DNA from: a virus
Lineage: Duplodnaviria > Caudoviricetes
Virus record (IMG/VR): IMGVR_UViG_3300042997_002652
Coordinates: 1 to 64,000 of that record
DNA length: 64,000 bases
Strand: one strand, 5' to 3'
Shown: positions 45,775 through 54,032 of the stretch, piece by piece
Layout of the letters: the number at the start of each line of letters is the position of its first letter
Numbering within the stretch: the stretch's first letter is position 1
The notes under the pieces: model-generated
Seen by the model: the letters and a program-made list of their open reading frames with translations, nothing else
Database searches by the model: none
Told to the model about the DNA's origin: nothing
Translations under genes and position numbers: made by a program

Positions 45775-46322
45775 TACTTCCACCAGTTTTCCCAAGAAAA
45801 CTCTATCCAAGAATCTTCTTCAGCTTTGTTAATAGACAAAGAAGTATAGGCTATATCTTTAAAGTCGCTGGCTTCATTGTTTATCAATGTAGCAAACTTT
45901 ACATTATGATTCCATACTGTATCCCAGGCATACCTTTCATTTGGCATACATGACGATTCCCAGTCTTTCTTAATCCATTTGATAGTTTCACCCGTATCAT
46001 TGATATCATCTACAATCAAGATATTCTTTCTACGTGATACGTCCCAACGTGACTTTTCAGTTTGTCTTATTTCAGTTGACAAGTAGCCAAAAGCATGTTC
46101 AGGCATCCAAGCATTACACTCTTGTTGCGCATGGTCTCTTAAACTAACTCGCAATGTTTCCATTGGCACATTATAATACTGACTGATTAAAAGTGCAGGA
46201 AGTAAACCACCTCGCGTAATACCCACAACGTAGTCAGGTTTATATCCAGACAAAGTTATTTGTCTGATGATATCCATAGTCATTTTTTGTACATCTGAGT
46301 TTGATAACGTTACTGTGTTCAT
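45774..46322 (-). CDS. Type I purine phosphoribosyltransferase (Gpt/Hpt-like)
   Basis: VVGITRGGLLPA; ILIVDDINDTGET PRPP-binding motif; WIEFSWE. Confidence 0.85.
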   Translation of the reverse strand: MNTVTLSNSDVQKMTMDIIRQITLSGYKPDYVVGITRGGLLPALLISQYYNVPMETLRVSLRDHAQQECNAWMPEHAFGYLSTEIRQTEKSRWDVSRRKNILIVDDINDTGETIKWIKKDWESSCMPNERYAWDTVWNHNVKFATLINNEASDFKDIAYTSLSINKAEEDSWIEFSWENWWK

Positions 46323-46323
46323 A

Positions 46324-46788
46324 TTATCCTTCATAAATTGCTGAGTTAGCATCATGTTCAAATACTTCTACGCTTTTAACAGATACTGTTTTGTTTAATA
46401 ATGTGCCTGCTTTTTGGCTTTCGTCTAAAATTTGCGTCATTTTCTTAAAAGCCATTTCAGCAAATCGTTCACATCCAACTGCTGGAACAATTCGCAAATC
46501 AGCTACATGTGTGGGCAAATTCTTTAACTGTTCAAGTTCGGGATCATCTTCAGCTACTAACAAAGTATGATCAAACATGTGTTCTAGCCACTGTTTAAAT
46601 TCTTTAAGCCCGCCAAAATCCATGACCCAGTTTCTTTCATCCAAGCTTTCACATTCAAAGATGATTTTAACACCTATTGAATAGCCATGAAGTAGCGAAC
46701 AATGACTATGAGTAGAACGCCACTGTCTAAAGCAACAGCTTAGTCCCCTGTCATTACCATATGTTTTTGTACTATAAAACTTACCCAT
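46324..46788 (-). CDS. queD: 6-carboxy-5,6,7,8-tetrahydropterin synthase
   Basis: HSHCSLLHGY; WVMDFGGLK; FDHT; VFEH. Confidence 0.9.
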   Translation of the reverse strand: MGKFYSTKTYGNDRGLSCCFRQWRSTHSHCSLLHGYSIGVKIIFECESLDERNWVMDFGGLKEFKQWLEHMFDHTLLVAEDDPELEQLKNLPTHVADLRIVPAVGCERFAEMAFKKMTQILDESQKAGTLLNKTVSVKSVEVFEHDANSAIYEG

Positions 46789-47245
46789 TCTTTCTCTCCG
46801 ATTCTGTTACTCGTTTACGTAAACTACTAGAGCTAAAACTATGATTTCTTTTATTATAAATGATTTCTATGTCAATTGCAAGACAATATTCTTTACCAGT
46901 GAAATCTTTGTCCATGTACTCTGCTCCCAATATACGAACATCTACTGGAAGTATTTTTAGTAAATCAAGCAAGTCTTGTTCAGTTTGGTATACCACAACT
47001 TCATCTACAAACCTACATGAACTTAATTGTATCTGTCGTTCAACGATACTTTGTACTGGTTTGTTTTTGGTGTCAGGTCTATCTATAGTTGGATCAGTTT
47101 GTAATCCAGCGATCAGGTAGTCGCAGTGATTTTTAGCTTCAGCTAACATTGCTATGTGTCCGGCATGAAGAAGGTCAAAAGCAGAAAATACTATGCCTAT
47201 CTTTTTTCCTTCTTCTTTTAATTGTCTAATTACATTAAAGATCAT
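46781..47245 (-). CDS. Cytidylyltransferase (TagD-like)
   Basis: AFDLLHAGH; RPDTKNKPVQ; FSSSSLR. Confidence 0.85.
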   Translation of the reverse strand: MIFNVIRQLKEEGKKIGIVFSAFDLLHAGHIAMLAEAKNHCDYLIAGLQTDPTIDRPDTKNKPVQSIVERQIQLSSCRFVDEVVVYQTEQDLLDLLKILPVDVRILGAEYMDKDFTGKEYCLAIDIEIIYNKRNHSFSSSSLRKRVTESERKNG

Positions 47246-47928
47246 TTCTGAGGTTTTCCCATTCGTGCAATGCTTAGAAACTCTGCTCTTGCTGCTGGAT
47301 CAGTTTTGAAACCTCCACCTAATTTACAAGTTACTGTGCTTGACCCAGTGTCTTCAACACCGCGGCTCTTAACACAATAATGCTGTGCATCTATCATAAC
47401 AGCAACATGTTCAGTTTCTAAAATATAGGAAAGTGCATGGAATACTTGTTCAGTCAGTCTTTCTTGGATCTGAGGACGCTTACTGAAATACTCAACAATC
47501 CGATTGATCTTTGAAAGACCCAGAACCTTTTCCTGGGGTACGTATGCTACAGTAGCAAGACCATCAATGATTACAAAGTGATGTTCACAATTAGATTGTA
47601 CGTTTACGTTGCGTTCAACGACCATTTCGTCATAGCCCATTTTGTTTGCAACAGTAGTACATTTTGGGAATGCATCATAGTCTAGACCCCAAAAGATTTC
47701 ATTAACATACATCTTAGCAACACGCTTGGGCGTTTCTATAAGACTGTCATCAGATAAATTTAACCCGAGGGCTTGCATAATATCGGTAAACTTAGCTTCA
47801 ATGATTTCAATTTTGTCTGTGCGACTTAGATTGTTTTCAACTTGAGGAGTTTCAACTCCCATTTTGACTAGATATTTGTGTATCTTTTGACCCAACTCTG
47901 GATCACATTTTACTTTATTAAATGACAT
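47242..47928 (-). CDS. folE: GTP cyclohydrolase I
   Basis: ETPKRVAKMY; CEHHF; RPQIQERLT; HYCVKSRG. Confidence 0.97.
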   Translation of the reverse strand: MSFNKVKCDPELGQKIHKYLVKMGVETPQVENNLSRTDKIEIIEAKFTDIMQALGLNLSDDSLIETPKRVAKMYVNEIFWGLDYDAFPKCTTVANKMGYDEMVVERNVNVQSNCEHHFVIIDGLATVAYVPQEKVLGLSKINRIVEYFSKRPQIQERLTEQVFHALSYILETEHVAVMIDAQHYCVKSRGVEDTGSSTVTCKLGGGFKTDPAARAEFLSIARMGKPQK

Positions 47929-47934
47929 TTATAT

Positions 47935-48003
47935 TCTCCTTTTGAAAGCATCTAACGTTAATGCTCAACGACCTTTCGGTATTTGCTACCTTTGTGTAGC
48001 AAA
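47935..48003 (-). promoter_or_regulatory. Three-hairpin structured leader upstream of folE
   Basis: UUUGCUAC/GUAGCAAA, ACC-GAAA-GGU and AGCAU/AUGCU stems ending next to the AAGGAG RBS. Confidence 0.45.
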
Positions 48004-48008
48004 GATAT

Positions 48009-49112
48009 TTATCTCTTGTCAAGAAACACCGAATTAAATTGTTTGTTCACTCTAACAAATGTTGTACACTTTGACAAGTCTTTTAGGCTCGTTGCACCAA
48101 CATAAGTACAAGTACTGCGAACCCCACCTAAGATATCTTGTACTGTTTTAGCTACTGGACCTTTGTATGGAACCTTAACAGTCCTACCTTCTGAACTACG
48201 ATATTCTGCTACCCCGCCATGATGTTTAGTCATAGCAGTATCGGAACTCATACCATAAAACTGAACAAACTGCTTCTTTTCTTCAAGCTTTCCCAAACGA
48301 TTACCGGTTTCAGGGTCAAAGATTATTTGATTGGTTTCGTATACTTCTTCAATTATTTCTCCGCCACCTTCTGTGTGACCAGCAAGCATACCGCCTAGCA
48401 TTACAAAATCTGCGCCACCGCCGAATGCTTTTGCTATATCACCAGGACAAGTACAACCACCATCAGCAATGATATGACCGCCCAAACCGTGTGCTGCGTC
48501 CGCGCATTCAATAATGGCTGATAGTTGAGGATACCCAACACCTGTTTGAATACGAGTAGTGCAAACACTACCAGGACCAATACCCACTTTAACAATGTCT
48601 GCTCCACGTAAAATTAACTCCTGTGTCATATCTGCGGTAACTACATTACCTGCAATAATAGTTTTAGTTGGACATAATTTTCTAACTTTAGCAACAAACT
48701 CACCAAAGTGTTCTGAATATCCGTTAGCTATATCAATACAAATAAACTGTATCATGTCAGGATACTTATAAAGAATACTTTGTAACTTTGTAAAGTCACG
48801 ATCACTAGTACCAGTACTGATAGCAGTATTGTAAGAAAAGAATTTTGAAAAATTATCTTCCAAATCTTCTAAAGAATAACTTTTAACTAAGCAAGTAATC
48901 ATATTATATCCAGCAAGCGCAACTGCTATGTCAAAAGTACCAACACCATCCATGTTTGCAGCTAGGATAGGCACACCAGTCCAATTTGCGTTACTGTGCT
49001 TGAACTGATAAGTTCTTTCCAAACTTACTTCTTTTCTGCTAGACAGTGTTGATCTTTTTGGACGGATTAGAACATCACTGAAATCTAGTTTTACTTCATT
49101 TTCAATACGCAT
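48009..49112 (-). CDS. guaC: GMP reductase
   Basis: [16 protein letters not shown]; DIANGYSE; GPGSVCTTR; ADGGC; FYGMSS; RSSEG. Confidence 0.95.
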   Translation of the reverse strand: MRIENEVKLDFSDVLIRPKRSTLSSRKEVSLERTYQFKHSNANWTGVPILAANMDGVGTFDIAVALAGYNMITCLVKSYSLEDLEDNFSKFFSYNTAISTGTSDRDFTKLQSILYKYPDMIQFICIDIANGYSEHFGEFVAKVRKLCPTKTIIAGNVVTADMTQELILRGADIVKVGIGPGSVCTTRIQTGVGYPQLSAIIECADAAHGLGGHIIADGGCTCPGDIAKAFGGGADFVMLGGMLAGHTEGGGEIIEEVYETNQIIFDPETGNRLGKLEEKKQFVQFYGMSSDTAMTKHHGGVAEYRSSEGRTVKVPYKGPVAKTVQDILGGVRSTCTYVGATSLKDLSKCTTFVRVNKQFNSVFLDKR

Positions 49113-49113
49113 A

Positions 49114-50313
49114 TTAGTACTTGTTTTCCTTTGTGTGTTTTCTATAATCTGTAGACATACGTAACCATTGCTCGCCTTTGCCTTCTATGATGTCACAAAT
49201 TCTATCAACAGTTTTGTCTGTCCAATCACTGATTTTGCCCATGTTTTTATGAGGTTTATCCAACAAAGATTCTAGTTTGCTGATCATATCTTCTATAGAC
49301 CAGGGCACATACATTCTTTCATGATCGTTAGCAAATACTTCAGGGAAAGAACGATACGCAGGGAATAAGACATTACATCCTAGTGCGTCAGCTTCACTTA
49401 CAGTATTACTAGTCCAATCTTGTAGTGCAGTATTAACTAAAACTCTAGAGTCTGTGAGTAAACGATAGTACTCATTTTTAGACAAGTTTTCATAAATCGT
49501 AAGCAACTTTTCTTCTTGCATAGCTCTAGCCATATCAACAAATTCTTGTTTGTTACTACGCAACGTTGAGCCTGTAAATATAGAAAATTCTATTTCACCA
49601 AACATTTCTTTGGGATATTTAGCATACCATTCTTTGATTAACTGAAGATAAAAGTCTGGATTCTTTTCTTGATCCCAACGTGAAGAAAAGCATACGCGCA
49701 TTTTGCGTTTATTGAATAAGATTAGGTTATGATCTACACGTTCTCTAACTTCTTGCTTATTAAATGCTAAACCAGATACGTTGTAAATGTTTGCAGTCCA
49801 TCCTGCTACTTTCATGTGTGCTACCATTTCTTCGTTTGATGCTAATACAGCACCTTTAGAAATAGAAACAATAGTGTTGACCATTTGTTCGTATTCGCTC
49901 ATCCACTTTTGCATACCCCAAACATGAACAAAGTCATCTGGATCAATAGTTTGTGCTAAACAGCGAACAAAGATACGAGGTCTTAGATTTTCTGGCACTT
50001 GAGTGATAATATATCCCAAGCTTTCAAAACCGGGCTGAAACATATCTTCAAAGTAAATTACGTCTTCATTTGTTACTTCACCCTGCTGCATCATACGAAC
50101 CAAGTTCATCATTTGACTCATAGCAAAGTAACTACGTCCGTGTGCATCTAAAACTTGACCTACTACAATTTGGTTAGAGTCATCAAGAGTTTCGCCCGGA
50201 ACATAAACTACTTTCATCCTTCTATGATCAAATACTCGCTTGTTCCATTCAGTTAATTGAAGTGTGTACCTTGCTTCGTAACTTTCAAGCCCCATGTAAA
50301 ACAGTTTTTGCAT
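49114..50313 (-). CDS. GT-B glycosyltransferase (GT4-like) within the deazaguanine cluster
   Basis: [11 protein letters not shown]; [11 protein letters not shown] (D-x7-E); YRSFPE. Confidence 0.8.
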   Translation of the reverse strand: MQKLFYMGLESYEARYTLQLTEWNKRVFDHRRMKVVYVPGETLDDSNQIVVGQVLDAHGRSYFAMSQMMNLVRMMQQGEVTNEDVIYFEDMFQPGFESLGYIITQVPENLRPRIFVRCLAQTIDPDDFVHVWGMQKWMSEYEQMVNTIVSISKGAVLASNEEMVAHMKVAGWTANIYNVSGLAFNKQEVRERVDHNLILFNKRKMRVCFSSRWDQEKNPDFYLQLIKEWYAKYPKEMFGEIEFSIFTGSTLRSNKQEFVDMARAMQEEKLLTIYENLSKNEYYRLLTDSRVLVNTALQDWTSNTVSEADALGCNVLFPAYRSFPEVFANDHERMYVPWSIEDMISKLESLLDKPHKNMGKISDWTDKTVDRICDIIEGKGEQWLRMSTDYRKHTKENKY

Positions 50314-50331
50314 TCTATCCTCTTTATTAGT

Positions 50332-50361
50332 AAAGAATGGGCTTGAAAGCCCATTCTTTTT
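50332..50361. terminator. Bidirectional-type intrinsic terminator
   Basis: aaagaatgggc-ttgaaa-gcccattcttt. Confidence 0.8.
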
Positions 50362-50366
50362 AGATT

Positions 50367-50594
50367 TTATCGTGATCCCGAAAGTCTTTCAAGTTGCTGA
50401 GCCCACTGATCTTTTACTTCCTTGCCAGTTAGTAGCTTGCCGTATTGACGCCAGACATAGCTACGATTGCTGTACAAGTCAGCTTCATCAAACCGGTACC
50501 CATACTCTCTACAGAAATTTCTATATTTATCCAAATCATCAAAAACTTTCTGAGTACGCGGATTAGGTTTAATATTGTTAGTTGAACGTGACAT
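50367..50594 (-). CDS. Hypothetical protein
   Basis: 75-aa ORF. Confidence 0.7.
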   Translation of the reverse strand: MSRSTNNIKPNPRTQKVFDDLDKYRNFCREYGYRFDEADLYSNRSYVWRQYGKLLTGKEVKDQWAQQLERLSGSR

Positions 50595-50664
50595 AAATAA
50601 AATTACTCCAATAAGTAATTAAGGTTAAAGTTAAGTTGTTTGAGAAAATTTTATACACTTATTC

Positions 50665-51108
50665 TCATCGTGTTAAGCAATTATATTCTATTTCACAACC
50701 GTTTTCATTATCTTCGGCAACAGAGATTACTATTTTTCTCCCAGAATAACGAGTTGCAATTACTTCGTACAAATCATCAGCAATCATTTCGCAACTTTTA
50801 TGATTAAGTTCCAAAACACTATTCTTATACTGATTTTCTAACCAGCGTTTGAATTGGATAAATTCAATATCTCGGTCATTATGGAAAACTTGAATAGCTA
50901 CCTTAAAGTAGAAAATATGTCTATGAGGCCAACCTAAAAAGCTAACATCATACTCATCTTTAGTTTTTAGATTAGGATCAGTGCTAGCATCAGGATAACA
51001 ATGAATACCTTCCTTTTGAAAAGTTACCCAAATCATACGAGTAGCCTTATTTTTGATTTGATTTCTTTGTTCTATCATAGCTATTTCTCTTTGATTAACT
51101 GCACTCAT
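50665..51108 (-). CDS. dpdL: QueD-like T-fold paralog, probable CDG decarboxylase (DpdL-like)
   Basis: LGWPHRHIF fits LxxxHRHxF; RDIEFIQFKRWL; SCEMIA; VAEDNENG. Confidence 0.65.
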   Translation of the reverse strand: MSAVNQREIAMIEQRNQIKNKATRMIWVTFQKEGIHCYPDASTDPNLKTKDEYDVSFLGWPHRHIFYFKVAIQVFHNDRDIEFIQFKRWLENQYKNSVLELNHKSCEMIADDLYEVIATRYSGRKIVISVAEDNENGCEIEYNCLTR

Positions 51109-51314
51109 CTATCATCACCGTAATCCAATCGTTCATGAGTTTCTTCCCATTCTTCTTTTATAAGTCTAGACAGTTCCAAAGAGTACTCATTTTTTTGCTT
51201 TTGCATTTCAACAAGTTTTTGTTTATTGTAATTCTCGTCTTTCATAGCTGCTTGTATCAGAGTAGTAAGACGGTTAATATTTTCTCGCACAAACTGAATT
51301 CTACTTTTATTCAT
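51105..51314 (-). CDS. Hypothetical coiled-coil protein
   Basis: 69-aa ORF. Confidence 0.65.
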   Translation of the reverse strand: MNKSRIQFVRENINRLTTLIQAAMKDENYNKQKLVEMQKQKNEYSLELSRLIKEEWEETHERLDYGDDR

Positions 51315-51327
51315 ATCTTTTCTCTTG

Positions 51328-52884
51328 TTAACTAATACTAAATAAATCAGGATTACCCCACTGCGGTAATACTTTCTTTTCTAACTTATCTATTACCATT
51401 TTATCATGAAGGTCATCACCCTCAAAATTATCCGTAAGTGTAGTCATGTTGTTTACTGCTTTCTTACCAGAAAAGCCCTGACTTCCTGACTGCATTTGCA
51501 TCCAAAACTTGTTATACTGTTCAATAGTATCTAAACTTTCTTGTCTAGTTTTTTTACTAAAGATTTCATCTACGATGTCATTAAAGTGTTTGGGTTCAAA
51601 CTTGTTCATAATCATTTTTGGCATAATGCCCTGCTCGTACCTACGATTAGCTTCTTGAACAGCATAGATGTGTTGATACACATTATGGGCTTGAACTAGT
51701 GTATAACTCAAAGTATCCCAACTTGTTTTAGTTTCTTTACCATGCTGTCCCAAAAAGCCATGACCCCTATAACACAAGTCCTTAATAAGCATTTTATCAG
51801 TTACAGGAGAATCAGTAAATATTTTATGGATGCCGTCAGCTAAAACTGCGTCACTAAACTTTCTATTATCTGTATCATAGTTTTTATTTTCAGCAGTTTT
51901 TTCCATTGAATAGGACCATTTCTTATCATGTTCAATAGAATTATTAAAGTAAACCAAACCTTTTGCTGCTGCGAAAAACGGGCTAGCACAGTCAAATGTA
52001 ATTTGCAAGTTTGGATTGTGATACTTTCTAACTGCACGTTGAATGTCAGTAAACAGAACCGCATACTCTAAGATACTAGTACCCAAACAGTGAATAAGAT
52101 CGTGTTTACCTGTTTCTAGTAATCCATCGTAAATCATGTTTACTATACGTTTGAGCATCAAGTGAATGTCAATTTTATTCTGACCACCAAACGCCCAACC
52201 GTTAAAGTGATTAGTTGGATATACTTTTGGATCACAGTACTTTTTCATTTCAGCATACCATTCATCACTTTGAGTATGAGTTAATCCTTGAAGTACGTTT
52301 AATAACTTACATTCGCCTGTTCTGTTATTGATAAAATACTCATTGTTGATATGAGTAGCTGCAACAGCTTGTTCTATTGTAGAAATACCGTGCTTGTCAA
52401 GTAAGTGTTTGTTTCTAAGAGTTTGAGTAGGAACGTCAAGACACATACCATAGTCCATATAAGTATCCATCCATTTTAGTACTAGTTGACGCTGCTTCAT
52501 AGCTTTAGGACAGTTAGGATCTTTCCAATCAGCTGGCCATTGCCCCTTCATAATCTGAAATCCACCTGAGTCGCCTAACATGAAAGTACCCTTTTCACGC
52601 TTTCTGATAATTGACTCACTTGGATCATCTTTAGTAATGTCTAGATTAGCGTGACCTGCAGAATACAAGCCCCATTTGTACTTGTACAAACCCTGAGTAG
52701 AGTTCAAGAAGTTAAGTGGTTCTACGTCACCATTAAACCCTTGAGGAATTCTAGCAGCATCAAAGTACTGCTCACCTTCTCGTTGTTTGCCTAATCCTGC
52801 GATAAAGAATGAAGACACTGCCGGTAAGAACAGTGCCCATTCTGGATTGTGTGCGTTAGTAAGATTATGCTGGATCTGATCCAT
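51328..52884 (-). CDS. dpdA: TGT-superfamily guanine transglycosylase (DpdA-like, possibly DpdA3 type)
   Basis: DSGGFQ, LDVP, VLQG, AFGG, HCLG, FDCAS and HN motifs in TGT order; no obvious C-terminal CxCxxC zinc site. Confidence 0.8.
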   Translation of the reverse strand: MDQIQHNLTNAHNPEWALFLPAVSSFFIAGLGKQREGEQYFDAARIPQGFNGDVEPLNFLNSTQGLYKYKWGLYSAGHANLDITKDDPSESIIRKREKGTFMLGDSGGFQIMKGQWPADWKDPNCPKAMKQRQLVLKWMDTYMDYGMCLDVPTQTLRNKHLLDKHGISTIEQAVAATHINNEYFINNRTGECKLLNVLQGLTHTQSDEWYAEMKKYCDPKVYPTNHFNGWAFGGQNKIDIHLMLKRIVNMIYDGLLETGKHDLIHCLGTSILEYAVLFTDIQRAVRKYHNPNLQITFDCASPFFAAAKGLVYFNNSIEHDKKWSYSMEKTAENKNYDTDNRKFSDAVLADGIHKIFTDSPVTDKMLIKDLCYRGHGFLGQHGKETKTSWDTLSYTLVQAHNVYQHIYAVQEANRRYEQGIMPKMIMNKFEPKHFNDIVDEIFSKKTRQESLDTIEQYNKFWMQMQSGSQGFSGKKAVNNMTTLTDNFEGDDLHDKMVIDKLEKKVLPQWGNPDLFSIS

Positions 52885-53220
52885 TATTGTCCTTTAGTAG
52901 TATTTTTACTATCTGTATCTTTTCTTCAATATCAGCTTTTTGTTTTAAAAGATCAGCAAAAGTGGGATTGTCTTTTAATTTTTCTATTGCTTTTTCTTCT
53001 GCCATTTTTTACTGGCCCAGTCCATAATCATTCGTGTGTTATAGTCAATATCTATATTAACTGTAGATGATATTTTATACCAAGACGAACCATCGTAAAC
53101 TTCCATATCTGTCCCGTTATATCTAACCATGCCAGCACTATGATTATTCAAACTTACATACGGGCCTGAAGAGCCGCCAGTACTTAATAATCCCAAACCT
53201 GTTGCTATCTTTGTAATCAT
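52865..53220 (-). pseudogene. Hypothetical gene apparently split by a -1 frameshift in an A6 run near 53005
   Basis: Frame 1 stops at WASKKWQKKKQ*; the -1 frame continues MAEEKAIEKLKDNPTFADLL...KILLKDNNGSDPA*. Confidence 0.5.
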
Positions 53221-53951
53221 TTTGACATTGCAGGAAGAATGTAAGAGTACACAGCTAAGCCTGAATCTACTGTGATTTCAGCAGCACCCTGATCAGAGAT
53301 TTTAACTGTTTTATCGCCGGGCAAGTCCATGATAGAAAGAAACACTTTTACAGGCCATTGCCAAGCTTTGGTCATAGTACCAGTTACACCTGCATGAAAC
53401 ACAAAGTTACCTGAGTGAGTAGAAGGATCACCAAAATAAATTTTCAAGTTTCCGCTTTCTGTTTTAGTTGAAAACGTTACTTCTTCACTGTTAGCAGAAG
53501 CTTGCATTTTCAAACGCATAATACCAGCTACTGTGGGTTCAAATTCTACGTTCCAAGCTGCACCCTTAAATGTAACAGTTTTTACTTTGCTTTCTACAAT
53601 TTCTTTAGACATAAGTCTGTAATCATTTACAAAGTCGTTATTCTTTGTAGCAAAGTGAATAGTAGTAGGAACGTCTTCACTATCTCTTGTTTCTCTAACA
53701 ACACTGATAGAAGCATTTTCGTCATACTCAGCTTCAAAACCTAAAATAGTTTTAAGCTTGCCTAGATTGGGCATACCAAAAGTACCAATAGCATCAGCGA
53801 TTGGATGCTTAAAAGTGCCACTGATAATAACGGTCTTATCTTCTGCCATTGCTTCGATCTTAGTAACTTGATCAGTGCCTGTTACTTTTACTAACTCCAC
53901 TACTCCCAAGCCATGTGTATGCTGGATCAAATCTTGTAAAAAATCTTTCAT
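53217..53951 (-). CDS. Putative DNA polymerase sliding clamp/processivity factor
   Basis: 244 aa, two-domain alpha/beta pattern, immediately downstream of polB; assignment rests on size and position. Confidence 0.5.
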   Translation of the reverse strand: MKDFLQDLIQHTHGLGVVELVKVTGTDQVTKIEAMAEDKTVIISGTFKHPIADAIGTFGMPNLGKLKTILGFEAEYDENASISVVRETRDSEDVPTTIHFATKNNDFVNDYRLMSKEIVESKVKTVTFKGAAWNVEFEPTVAGIMRLKMQASANSEEVTFSTKTESGNLKIYFGDPSTHSGNFVFHAGVTGTMTKAWQWPVKVFLSIMDLPGDKTVKISDQGAAEITVDSGLAVYSYILPAMSK

Positions 53952-54032
53952 TTTATTTCCTCTTGTATGAAATTATTTAGGTATTTCTATTATGTATAAT
54001 ATAGGATTTTATTGCGTTTGTCAACTGTTCGT

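Noticed and set aside
47935-48003. Assignment as a preQ1, THF-II or c-di-GMP-I riboswitch
   Set aside because: Only loose resemblance; the conserved ligand-binding nucleotides could not be matched.
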